A stretch of DNA of 64,000 bases, taken from NCBI RefSeq assembly GCF_964213995.1, contig NW_027590140.1:682001-746000 (forward strand). The letters are read 5' to 3'. Source of the stretch: Mustelus asterias (lineage: Eukaryota). The notes under the pieces were generated by a model. It was not told where the DNA came from. It saw only the letters and a list, made by a program, of their open reading frames with translations, and made no database searches. A program made the translations under genes and the position numbers. Shown here piece after piece: positions 49,570-62,074 of the stretch (positions are counted from its first letter, which is position 1; each line of letters starts with the position of its first letter).

Positions 49570-51859
49570 AAATTCCAAAGGGTTTGGTTTAAGTTGCAAA
49601 TGGAAATGTATCGTGTCATCTCTGGCTTTTTCTCCTTGACATCTGAGGTTGAATTGGTCTTCGGCAGTTCTGTAAATAGGTGCCATCATTTTCACTTCTG
49701 TTCCACTGAGATGCCATGTAAGAAAGTTAGTAATGTGGATGAACAGAATCACTGGACAGCCAATTCGTTTTTAACAATAAACATTTATGAAACATGAAAA
49801 GACTGTCAATAACACAATCCTCCTTCATTCCACTCATCCCTTGCTGCAGTGAACACACAAACACTGAGGGCGCTCCCCCTTGTGGCAATGTGAGGTCAAT
49901 GGTCTCTGTCTGGGAGATCACTGAATCCTCAGATTACTGAAGGATCGTGTTGAAACATAGAAAAGTTGGAGGATTGTGCTGCGGTATTTTTCTTATTCCT
50001 ATTATTTTTATTGTAATGCTGACGAACCTATTCACAGAATTGATACCAATCTCAGAAACAGCTACAAGTGAACTCGCGCACACACACACATTCACAGGCA
50101 TACACGCTCAGACAGACACAGGCAAACTTGTACACACACACATTCACAGGCATACACTCTCAGACAGACCCTGGCAAACTCGCACACACACGCAAACACA
50201 TTCGCAGACAAACATTCTCAGGCAAACAGAGGCAAACTTGCATAAATTCGAAGACATACACTTTCAGACGGGCACAGGCAAACGCGTAGACACCCACAAC
50301 ACACACATGCAATCACAGACATGCAGACAACGTAAAACACTGAGACTTGCACAAATGCACACACCTACTCAAACACAAACACTATCACATACACTTTCCC
50401 AAACATAATGAGAGGCTGAGATCATGGAGAGTTGATGTCAATTTCAGTCCAAGTAACCTGCTGGGCACTAAAATAATAACAGAAGCAAATCTAAAGCTCG
50501 GTGTGTGGGTTTTATTGCGAAATGAGAAATTATATAAATATACCCCCATAGCTCAGGGTGGGAGAGGAATTGATGATTTGCCGGCTATCTGTGATCTCCC
50601 TGCAAAAATATTAAATTTGAGAGATTATAAATTTTGAATTCTAGCTTGAATAAACCAGAGACAAGATTATGCTGAAAATAATCAGAATGACTGCCAGTAT
50701 CTGTCGAATGAGAAAAAATATGTTAACGTGACCTTTCACCTGAACTGAAAAAACATAGTTGTAAGGAAGTACCAAGGCCAATAAATGCTGCAAAGGGTAC
50801 AGAACAAAATGATAGGATGGCACGCAGATAGGATAGGATGGCAGGCAGGAACACTAAATAAAAAAGCAACAGTGGTACATGTTGGATGTAAAAATGTGGA
50901 AATGGAATAATAGCCACTGTATATCATCTGAAACATAAAACACACATACAAGCACATACACAAAGACGCACACACATACATACACATATACACACAAACG
51001 CACGTACAAACGCACACACACACATATACAAAGGCACACAAAACAAACGTGCATGCCCAAACACACACAAGTACAAGCACACACACAAATGTGCACACAC
51101 AAATGTACACATACAGACACACACACACACACATGTACACAAACACATGCAAGCAGCCACAATCATACGCAAACACACAGAAAAACACCGCACAAACACA
51201 CACACAAATTCACGTTGCAAAGTTGGAGATGGGATGGGGCAAGATTACAATCTATCATTGCTGAAATCAGCATTGATTCCCTGCTTGTTGGCGACATACT
51301 GACGTTTATCCTTATGTTTGATTACAACATTTGGCAACAGAGGGCAGCGAAAGACATTGTGAAGTCTGTTGGCTCCGTTTTTATAATGATATTTCAATTA
51401 TTTTCCGAAATTCGATATTTTATTAACATAATGCTGGAAGGTTTACACAGAACCTCTCTGTGTGAAAAACCCATGTTCTCTCTATAAAACAAAGTTTTCA
51501 AACCAGAACCAAGACTTCTCAGGCAGAGCGGTTCAGTCCGTGCAATGAACTATCAATTAGGTGTGAAAATATGCTGAAGTATTTGGATGGCAGTCTAAAA
51601 ACAGAATTAGGGTCTCATCTGATGACAGAGTCCTACCAAGAATGAAGGAGTAGTCATTCTCATTTCTAACTATCTGTGAACTTTAATTCACAGAGAACCA
51701 CCATCAGTTTTCTCAGCTGAAGGAAGATTTACTAAAAGTGTTCGAACCCATCATGTATTTCGATGGTGTAAATCAGGAACAAACTTTTCTAGCAGCAGGA
51801 GGCTCTTTAAACTGAAAACAATGATTTGAGGCGACTGGAAAAATCAGACATGGCATGAC

Positions 51860-52310
51860 AGAGTGAGACTGCGGATAGTTGGGAACCTGTCTCGGGGGCA
51901 GGGAATTCATATGGTGTTCGTGGAAGTGGAAATGACTAGGGTTGGGAAGCATTTTCCGATGGGGCCATTGTGATCTCCTGGACTCGTTTCGATCGCCTCA
52001 GGGGGTCGGAGAGGAATTTCCCAGATTTTTTTCCCCATATTGGCCCTGGGGTTTTTCACTCTGGGTTTTCGCCTCTCCCTGGAGATCACATGGTCTGGAA
52101 TGGGGGGGTGGGGTAAGTTAATAGGTTGTAATGAACAAAGCATCGTAGCTGTGAGGGACAGCTCGGTGGATAGGATATTGGTATGTAGATAGGCTGGAAA
52201 ATTGGGCGGGGATCCTGGATTCAGGATTCAATCCTGGACCGGGGAGCGGCGCGGGCTTGGGGGGCCGAAGGGCCTGTTCCTGTGCTGTATTGTTCTTTGT
52301 TCTTTGTTCT
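51860..52310 (+). mobile_element. CR1-family 3' UTR with (tgttctt)n tail inserted in an older CR1
   Basis: gggccgaagggcctgttcctgtgctgtattgttctttgttctttg tail, complementary to the 5196 copy. Confidence 0.7.
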
Positions 52311-54577
52311 TTGACAGCGAGTTGTGAGTTAGACGCGCTGCGTGAAAGGGCGCTGGCAGCAGCTACAATAGTATCTTTCAAAAGAGGAGCGGGTACATTG
52401 TTGCAGAGGTGTTTGTTTACAGGGCTCTGGGGAAAGAAGAGGAGAATGATATTAATTGAATTTCTCCACCAACCAATCTAAGAATGTATGGCGAGCCGAA
52501 TTGCCATGTTCTGTTGTATTTCATTTACCAATTGCCTCCCCTCGTTTCTTATTGTAAATCAAAGCTTCACCGTGGAGTCAAGAAGCATGTCCGCGTCCTT
52601 TTCTTCTTACCAGGCCTGCCATTTCCCTTCGGTGTCCTATTGCTCTTTCTATATTTATTGAATATCCTTGAATTTAATTGTTTTATTTTTCATCCCCTCT
52701 TTGCTTTCTTTCTTTTTAAAAATTCCCCTTGCACTTATTTTAATAAGATGGCACTGACGGAGGAACTTCAATTTCTTCATAGATAAGGATCTCCAGTGAA
52801 TTTGAGGGGAACTTGCTCATTTCGGTTTTTCCTGCGCCCTTCAGATTCCAGGTGGTCGAGTTCCCGGGTTTGTAAACCATTGTCGAAGGACCCATGGCAA
52901 GTTGCTGCAATGTGGATAATACACGCTGGAGGCGCTGTGGAGAAAGTGAATGTTAAATTTGTGGATGAGGTGCCAAACATCAAGGCTGTTTTACCCTCGA
53001 TTGGGTCTTGCCCCATGATTGCTGTTGGAGATGCGCTCGTCCAGGGAAGTGAGCAGTGTGTGTATCACACATTTTGCATGCCAGACTGGGGAGTGGCTTC
53101 ATGGAAATCAGGAGGCGCATCGCTCCCAGAGAGCAATCTTTCTATGTAATTAGACTTTAAAGGTAAATTGTGGATTTATACGGCTCTTCGCAATACCAAT
53201 GGACATTTCAAAACATGTTACAGCCAATGTTTTATAATAAGTGCACTCGCTATTATAACAGAGGAAGTACACACGGAAAATTAACCCAAACAGCAATGTG
53301 GCAATGATCACGGAATCTGTTTGTGTGATGTTGATTCCAGAATAAACATTGACCTGGACACCAGGGATAACTCCCTTACCCCTCTGTATATTTTATTTAC
53401 AAGGCACGATTAGTATCTGTATTATCATATTACATGACAGTTCAAAGTTGGCATTACAAAAATTGCAGTAAAATTCAACTGCTTTCAGTACATTACAACA
53501 CAATCTGAGATGTATTTTATTTACCGTTAAGACTTATATTTACTTTTTTTTGTCAAACACTCTCTGATTCATTCTCTGTCCACTTCTGTGATACTTGAAT
53601 TGAAAACTCGTTTGAGGCCAGGCAGGAATCCAGGGAGACACAGGACTTATTCATCAACTTTCAAGAAGAAACGATTGAAAAGAATGAGGTAAAAAACCAA
53701 GGAAGGAACCATTTGCATAGTGCTCACACTGCTCGCTGCGAACTGAGAGATAGAGGGTTTATACTATGGCACTGACAACAGACAGCAACCAAGGCTCCAA
53801 ATTCTGCTTGGACATCTAGTGAGCTATTCAGCTATGGAAGCCCCCTGACCTCCCTCTGTGTCTCCCAATCATACTTTATCTCCCGCAACCATCAATTATT
53901 TTCGTAATCATTCAGTGCCCCCTCTCCCACTGCATCCTCCATTCCATTTCTGACTCTCCCATTCCCCCTCTCTCCATTATTCCGTCTGCCTCTCCGACTC
54001 ACTCTCTCCCTTCCTCAAACAATCCTTCATTACTTCTTCCTCTTTCAAGATCCCTTTCTGCTTTTCTCAAGCCCTGTCATGGGTCTAATGAATAGGAGCA
54101 GGAAAGGGTTAAGTGCCGCCCCAAAACTGCTCTGTCATTACCTCTTGAACATTCCACCTAAAAACCTTGAGCAAATGCACCCTTCCTGAAGAACACTGAC
54201 GGAAACTGCACTCTTTTCTCCAAACGTGGCCAGGCCAAAGTCCTCTTCCATTGCAGCAAGGCGACCATTCTCGTGTAGCTCAATTGCTTTGGAATGAAGG
54301 CCAAAATTGTATTTGCCTCCTGGATTGCTGTCTCCACCTGTAGGTTACATGTGTATACAAGGACAGTGAGATATGTCTGCACACCAACATATAATTGATT
54401 CTCACCATTTAAATGTATGATTTTATTTCTCTCTACTTTTCTCGCCAATGTGAATAACTTCTTAATTTTCCGCAATATATTCCTGTTGATCACTTTCTTG
54501 CAAACACGCTCATGCTCCCCTATCTCTTTGCAGCCTCTATGTGTCTCGTTTTGCTTTGTATCAATGCTAAATATGCA

Positions 54578-55460
54578 TGTTGTGGATAGTTTGGAGGGAT
54601 GTCAGAAGTGGCAGCGAGACATAGATAGAATGCAAGACTGGGCGGAGAAGTGGCAGATGGACTTCAACCCAGATAAGTGTGTAGTGATCCATTTTGGCAG
54701 ATCCAATGGGATGAAGCAGCAGTATAATATGAAGGGTACCATTCTTAGCAGTGTAGAGGATCAGAAGGACCTTGGGGTCCGGGTCCATAGGACTCTTAAA
54801 TCGGCCTCGCAGGTGGAGGATGCGGTCAAGAAGGCATACGGCGTATTAGCCTTCATTAATCGAGGGATTGAGTTTAGGAGTCGGGAGATAATGCTGCAGC
54901 TTTATAGGACCCTGGTTAGACCCCACTTGGAGTACTGCGCGCAGTTCTGGTCACCTCATTACAGGAAAGATGTTGAAGCCATTGAAAGGGTGCAGAGGAG
55001 ATGTACAAGGATGTTGCCTGGATTGGGGGGCATGCCTTATGAGGATAGGTTGAGGGAGCTTGGTCTCTTCTCCCTGGAGAGACGAAGGATGAGAGGTGAC
55101 CTGATAGAGGTTTACAAGATGTTGAGAGGTCTGGATAGGGTAGACTCTCAGAGGCTATTTCCAAGGGCTGAAATGGTTGCTACGAGAGGACACAGGTTTA
55201 AGGTGCTGGGGGGTAGGTACAGAGGAGATGTCAGGGGTAAGTTTTTCACTCAGAGGGTGGTGGGTGAGTGGAATCGGCTGACGTCGGTGGTGGTGGAGGC
55301 AAACTCGTTGGGGTCTTTTAAGAGACTTCTGGATGAGTACATGGGATTTAATGGGATTGAGGGCTATAGATAGGCCTAGAGGTGGGGATGTGATCGGCGC
55401 AACTTGTGGGCCGAAGGGCCTGTTTGTGCTGTGGCTTTCTATGTTCTATGTCTATGTTCT
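54578..55460 (+). mobile_element. Young 5'-truncated CR1 LINE
   Basis: Open ORF2 C-terminus to 55373 and (ttctatg)n tail; same family as the 59312 copy. Confidence 0.93.
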
Positions 55461-55926
55461 ATTATCAGAAAAAAGGTAAAGTTAAATGGATTCCTTCTCT
55501 TTATTAATAGCATTTATTGGATCACAGCGTTTCAGGAAACGTTTCTTTCCCAACCCGGGACAGTAAATCCGGATCCATTCCCTTTCATAAGGACAGTAAT
55601 AGCATTCGGTGTCAGGATGCTTTTAGTAACTGCCTGCGACCTCACGATATGTCAATCTAGGGACAAAGGAAGTGAGCTGAGAATATGCTGAAACACGACA
55701 GCAGAATATAGAAGGCGAGGATTAAAAGGGTGTCTTCAAATATCGGGCAGCCCTTTTGCAGAGCGGACAGGTAGAATGCGACTACTCAGCATCTGGGTTG
55801 TGTGGGGAGCATTCTTGGCAGGGAACTGTGGAGGAAAGACATTTCGCCCTTTCTCTCGTTTCCCAACCATGGGTTAAATCAGAATTTGATCAGCTGCAGA
55901 TCGTAACTTTTCTGTTCTTCTTTGAA

Positions 55927-56216
55927 ATGTGGCTCATGCAGATACTGTGACTCAGTCGCTCTCGTCAGATGCAAAGACAGAAGGAGAAGTGGTGACTTTA
56001 AACTGTAGCTATGAGACTGCAATGAGCGGCTATATGTTACATTGGTACCGACAGTATCGAAACACACAGCCCGAGTTTGTACTGCTGAAGGCCAGTAATA
56101 ATTATGAAGAGAAAGCAGATTTTGCGGAAACACGTTTTTCCGTGGAGCTCCAGATCGCGACTAAATTCACCAGTTTGACTATCTCGAGTTTGCAGCTGAC
56201 AGACGCTGCCGTATAC
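55927..56216 (+). pseudogene. TCR alpha/delta-type V segment truncated just before the second Cys, no RSS
   Basis: DTVTQ..VTLNCSY..LHWYRQY..RFSVEL..TSLTISSLQLTDAAVY, then unrelated sequence. Confidence 0.9.
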
Positions 56217-57403
56217 AAAGATACCTCAACCCCGTTTGTTGTTAAACATTGACAGAAACAAATTATCTCACAGCGTAACTACATTTATTCTTACCCAAGC
56301 ATTAAATGATATTCTGCAAAATTTTCAGTCACGAGGACAGACGGAAGAATTGGCGCAAATTTAACTTTATGACTCAAATGTTAGATCAATTCCTGTGCCG
56401 CATGAATAAGGGTTTCAGCCGAATTGGACTTCCACAAAACAGGCTCTGAAGTTCAATCAGACAGCACTGTTGGTCCTTCCAGACCAGTCGCTTTTATCCT
56501 GAGCGGAATTTCTGGACTGAATGGATTACGACATTCAGTTTATATTTGCAGAGGTCCCAGTTCTAAACAGGGCAGAAACATTATCAACATTCACTGCCCT
56601 GACGGTTCTGAATTCAAGTTTATTGTTGAATGTGAATGGAACCGAGTATCAATCAAAATATTGAAGATTTACTCTTCACTATTTCTGAGAAAACACACAG
56701 CAAAATCACCAGTGCTTTCAGCTGGCAAGCGGTGTTTGGACAGTGGGAGGCTGGAATATTGCTGCTTTTCCCTGTTTCACACGCTGTAGAATGAGGAAAA
56801 GACAATAATTAAAGGGTTCGTTAGAATTGAATAATTGAATGGATTTCTAATGGGTTCGAGGCAGACACAATTTAAGGCTAATAGTCGCAGAACACCCATT
56901 GGAGGCACATACATGGCACCAGGAATCAGCTCTCCTATAACCGGTGCCGTCTCCCTTTAAGCCTTTCTGTGTCTTGTCTGTAAACAAATATTCGGACTGT
57001 CCCGAAGCTGCTTTTAGGTAGAATTCCTGATGTGCTGGAACGAGAATATTTTCAATATCTCCGAACAGTTACTTTCACTGCCAACGTCAGAGTCAATGTT
57101 CCAGTTTCATAAAAACGGGAAAGGTGCCTTGACTGTCTCTGCTCAGTCAGACAGTTCACCCTTCATTCTCCTGTGATTCCGGTTCCCAAAGAGTTTCTAA
57201 AAAATCATAACTTTGACAGCCATAATAAAAAATCTCTTGAAAACAATGTAAGTTTGCTATCGATGCTGGTATAATATTTCTGTTTCCACATTTATTCTTT
57301 TAGTTAGATTTTCTCAATGTTTTTACTGGCTACGGTTGTGAGTTTGGAATTCGCCCCGATACTGAACCCAACACGGTATCTCACGGCCCTCTGCTGGGGT
57401 GAC

Positions 57404-57693
57404 ATGGAACTACAAAGTGCAGCTTCCTCCCACCTGTGAGTCTTTGGGAGTCAAGTTTGTGTTCAACAATTTCCGATCATGAATTCTGCTAGGATTTTGT
57501 TTATGCCCTTTATTCAAATTTTCGACTGCACCTGGGGTGGAGAATCTGTTTTGTTATGAGGCCTCCTTCTCCAGTCAAAGAGAGCCCATTTCTATATATG
57601 GGTCGTGGAGATTCTGTCACCCAGCCGCTGTGCTCAGCAGTTCAGACAGAAAGAGAAGCAGTGACTTTGCAATGTATCGACAAGACAACATTT
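57404..57693 (+). pseudogene. TCR V relic: shortened leader (57404-57435) and FR1 fragment (57598-57693)
   Basis: MELQSAASSH..|GTGAGT; MGRGDSVTQPLCSAVQTEREAVTLQC aligns with FR1 of the 55927 V. Confidence 0.7.
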
Positions 57694-57694
57694 T

Positions 57695-58135
57695 ACTCCC
57701 TGAAAAGGGGAACAGTCTGAACAAATCAGTTAAGTTGCTTTAGTACCCCTTTGCTTCGACAGTAAAGAAAGCAAATTAGTCTGTCAATGCTTGGCGCTGT
57801 TCTGATTTATAACTTCGTAAATTTCTCCGAAGACTTGGCGTTCTCTCGACTTCGTCGTCACCAGGATTTGAAAAGAGAACTCCAGCATTGATTTCCGCAG
57901 ACTTCGCATCGTTTTCCCAAATACATATCAACAGTAACAAAGTCAGTCTCCAAAGAGCTCCAATTTAGATACCCGGGCAGCATTTTATTCTTGGTGTTAT
58001 TTACAGTAAACCCTGAAAAAACTCATCAGGAAAATCCGAACGTGCAATGAAAAGCATTTGCGGACAGACGGTGCCAGATTGAAGACCCAACTCTGCAAAC
58101 TGAAAGCTGTATGGATGGTAGGCTTGTGATGTCAC
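57695..58135 (-). pseudogene. Possible antigen-receptor V promoter/leader/intron relic on the minus strand
   Basis: CRE-like TGTGACATCA (58126-58135) ~70 bp upstream of ATG 58057; frameshifted hydrophobic leader ending |GTAAAT; acceptor ttccccttttcag at 57700, then W-S-K. Confidence 0.4.
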
Positions 58136-58147
58136 AGTAGAGTCACG

Positions 58148-59240
58148 CCCTTCCCCCCTCCCCATCCCCCTCCACCACCCCCCTTCCGCCCCATTCCCCA
58201 CTCCCCCGTCAATCCACCCTCCCCCCTTCCATCCCACCTCCCCCGACATCTCATCCCCCCTTCATCCCCCCAACTCTATTCCCCCTCCCTCTGCATCTCC
58301 ACACACCCATCCCCTGCATCCCCCCTCCCACTCAATACCTCTCCCTCCCCCCTCCCCTCCCTCTACCCCGTCCCCCCACTCCCCTCCCACGACCCCCGCC
58401 CCGCCCCCCCCCCCGCGTTCCCTTCCGCCCTCCCTTCCCCCTCCCCTCCCTCCCCTCGTCACCTGCACCCCTTCCCCTCCCCCCACCTCCCGCGCCCCCT
58501 CCCGCCCTCCCCTCCCCCTTCCCCCATCGCCTCACTCCCCTCCTCCGCTTCGCTCCCCTCCTCCGACGCCTTCGGCCCTCTCCCCCATCCCCTCCACCCC
58601 TCCCTCCCCATGCCTCCAGTTTCCCCCCTCCCACCTCCCCCTCTCCCCTCCCCTTCCACTCCTCCCCCACTTCCCTTCCCCCATCCCCGCTGCACCCCCT
58701 TCCAGCTCCCCTCCCCCTCTCCCTCCCCTCCGACCGCCTCCCTCCCCCATTCCACTCCTTCCCTCCGCGTCCCCCTACGCCTCCTCCCCTCCCCGTCCCC
58801 TCATCCTCCCCCCTCCCACCCGCTCCCCTATCCCCCCTCCCTGCCTCTCCCCCACGTCCCCCCACGCACACCTCCTCCTCACCTGTCTGCCCGCACCTTC
58901 CCCCCTCACCCAACCCCTCGCCCCCTCCCCCCTCAACCCCTATCCCCTCCTCCCGCTCCACCACCACCTCCCCCCTGACCCACCTCCACCTCTCCCCCCT
59001 CTACCTCATCGCTCCCCCTCCTCTTCCCCCTCGCCCCCCTCCCCCCATCTCCCTCCACCCTCCATTCCCTCCCCTCCGCCTCCCCCTTCCTCCCTCTCCT
59101 AGCCTCCCTCCGGCACCCTCCCTTCCTGCCCCACTCCTCCTCACCCTCCCCTCCCGTCCCGTCCCCCTTCCCCCGCCCCTCCCTCTCCCTCCCCTCCGCC
59201 CTCCCCATCCACCTCCCCCCCCTCCACATCCGCTCCCTCC
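58148..59240. repeat. Aperiodic C-rich low-complexity tract (possibly low-quality sequence)
   Basis: No repeat unit; grades into a recognisable V 3' end. Confidence 0.8.
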
Positions 59241-59311
59241 CCTGGAGGACGGGGCGATCGATTACTGTGCAGTGAGCCACAGTGCTAGATTACAGTTAAA
59301 ATGCTGTACAA
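59222..59311 (+). pseudogene. 3' end of a TCR alpha-type V with 23-RSS (nonamer cut by CR1)
   Basis: LHIRSL..LEDGAIDYCAVS + CACAGTG (59278-59284) + exactly 23 bp + ACAA, then CR1 sequence. Confidence 0.82.
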
Positions 59312-62070
59312 GGCTTGGATGTCTCAGGGACAGGACTGGATACTCCGGGTGCCGGGATTCAGATGTTTCAGGAAGGACAGGGAGGGAGGCAAGAGAGAGG
59401 GTGGAGTGGCACTGCTGATCAGGGATAGTGTCACAACTGTAGAGAAGGTGTATGCTGTGGAGGGATTGTCCACACAGTCTCTGTGGGTGGAAGTTCGGAG
59501 TGGGAAGGGGTCGATCACTTTGCTGGGAGTTTTCTATACCCGCCCAATAGTAACAGGGAGGTGGAGGAGCAGATAGGGAAACAGATCCTGGAGAGGTGCA
59601 GTAATAGCAGAGTTGTTGTGATGGGAGAGTTTAATTTCCCAAACATAGATTGGAATATCGCTAGGGTAAGGGGATTGGATGAGGAGCAGTTCGTGAGGTG
59701 TGTTCAGGAGGGTTTCCTAACACAGCATGTGGACAAGCCTACAAGAGGGGAGGCTGTACTTGAGCTGATACTGACCAATGAACCTGGACAGGTGTCAGAT
59801 CTCTCAGTGGGAGAGCATCTTGGGGATAGCGACCATTACTCTATCTCCTTTATGATTGCATTGGAAAAAGAGAGGATCAGGCAAGCTAGGAAAGCGTTTA
59901 TATGGAGTAAGGGGAAATATGAAGACATAAGTCAGCAAATTAGAGGAGTAAATTGGAAGGAGGAATTCTCAGGGAAATGTACTGAAGAGAGGTGGCACTT
60001 TTTCAAGTAATGTCTGTCTAGAGTTCTACGGGACAACGTTCCGAGCAGACAGGGAGGTGTTGGTAGGTTAAAGGAACCGTGGTGCATGAAAGCTGTGCGG
60101 GACCTAGTCGAGAAGAAAAGGAATGCATACAAAAGGTTCAGAGAGCTTGGCGAAGATAGGGATCTAAATGTGTATACGGCTTGTAGGAAGGGACTAAAGA
60201 AGGAAATTAGGAAAGCCAGAAGGGGTCACGAGGAAGGCCTTGGCAGATAGGATTAAGGAAAACCCTAAGGCGTTCCATAAATATGTGAGGAGTAAAAGGA
60301 TGAGACGTGAAGGAATAGGGCCTATAAAAGTTGAAAGCAGGAAAGTCTCTACGGAACCAGTAGAAATGGCAGAGGTGCTTAATGAGTATTTTGCCTCGGT
60401 TTTCACAGAGGAGAAGGACATGGGTGGATGTACTGCGGGCTTGCGGTGGACTGAAAAGATTGAGTATGTGGACTTAAAGAAAGAGGTTGTGCTGGAATCT
60501 TTGAATGGCTTCAAGATAGATAGGTCGCCGGGTCTGGCTGGGATGTACCCCAGGTTACTGTGGGTGGCGAGGGAAGAGATTGCAGAGCCTCTGGCGATGA
60601 TCTTTGCGTCGTCGATGGAGACGGGAGAGGTGACAGAGGATTGGAGGATTGCAGATGTGGTTCCTATTTTCAAGAAGGGGAATAAGGATAGCCCAGGAAA
60701 TTACCGACCGGTGAGTCTAATCTCAGTGGTTGGTAAGCTGATGGAGAAGATCCTGAGGGACAAGATTTATGAGCATTTAGAGAGGTTTAGTATGCTCAAG
60801 AATACTCTACACGGTTTTGTCAAAGGCAGATCGTGCCTTACGAGTCTGGTGGAGTTCTTCGAAAATGTGACTAAAGACATTGACGAAGGGAAAGCGGTAG
60901 ATGTGGTTTATATGGATTTTAGCAAGGCTTTCGATAAGGTCCCCCATGTAAGGCATCTAGAAAAAGTGAGAGGGCATGGGATCCAAGGGGCTGCTGCCCT
61001 GTGGATACAGAACTGGCTTGCCTAAAGGAGGCAGAGAGTGTGTATAGATGGGTCTTTTTCTAAATGGAGGTCGGTGACCAGTGGCATGCCCCAGGGATCT
61101 GTTCTGGGACCCTTGCTGTTTGTCATTTTCATAAATGACCTGGATGAGGAAGTGGAGGGATGGGTTGGTCAGTTTGCCGACGACACGAAGGTTGGTGGGG
61201 TTGTGGATAGTCTGGAGGGATGTCAGAAGTTACAGAGGGGCATAGATAGGATGCAAGACTGGGCGGAGAAGTGGCAGATTGACTTCAACCCAGATAAATG
61301 CGTCGTGGTCCATTTTGCCAGGTCAAATGGGATGAAGGAGTACAATATTAAGGGAAAGAAGCTTCGTACTGTAGAGGATCAGAAGGACCTTGGGGTCCGG
61401 GTCCATAGGGTTCTAAAATTGGCCTCGCAGGTGGAGGAGGTGGTTAAGAAGGCGTATGGCGTGCTGGCCTTTATCAATCGAGGGATTGAGTTTCAGAGTC
61501 CGGGGATAATGATGCAGCTATATAAGACCCTCGCCAGACCCCACTTGGAGTACTGTGCTCAGTTCTGGTTGCCTAATTACAAGAAGGATGTGGAAAAGAT
61601 TGAAAGGGTGCAGAGGAGATTTACAAGGATGTTGCCTGTATTTAGTGGCATGCCTTATGAGGATAGGCTGAGGGAGCTCGGTCTTTTCTCCTTGGAGAGA
61701 TGTAGGATGAGAGGAGACCTAATAGAGGTATATAAGATGTTGAGAGGCATAGATCGGGTGGTCTCTCAGAGGCTTTTTCCCAGGGAGGAAATGGCTTATA
61801 CGAGAGGACACAGATTTACTGTGCTGGAGGGTAGGTACAGGGGAAATGTTAGGTGGAGGTTTTTCACACAGAGGGTGGTGGGCGAGTGGAATCGGCTGCT
61901 GTCAGTGGTGGTGGAGGCAAACTCGAAAGGGTCTTTTAAGAGACTCCTGGATGAGTCCATGGGACTTAATAGGATGGAGGGTTATAGGTAGGCCTGGAAG
62001 GTAAGGATGTGTTCGGCACAACTTATGGGGCTGATGGGCCTGTTTGGTGCTGTAGTTTTTCTATGTTTCT
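59312..62070 (+). mobile_element. Nearly complete CR1 ORF2 (APE + RT) with a few stops and frameshifts
   Basis: ORFs 59301, 59483, 60240 and 61038 tile APE (GEFNFP, SDH) and RT (YMDFSKAFDKVPH, PQGSVLGP, FADD). Confidence 0.96.
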
Positions 62071-62074
62071 ATTA

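Noticed and set aside
53711-53830. Octamer ATTTGCAT plus TATA-like motif and weak leader-like text (Ig light chain promoter relic?)
   Set aside because: No convincing ATG, donor or V exon follows; another octamer occurs at 33842, and about two are expected by chance in 64 kb.
56214-56226. acaaagata as a leftover RSS nonamer of the truncated V
   Set aside because: Better explained as the start of the duplicated intergenic block homologous to 38370.
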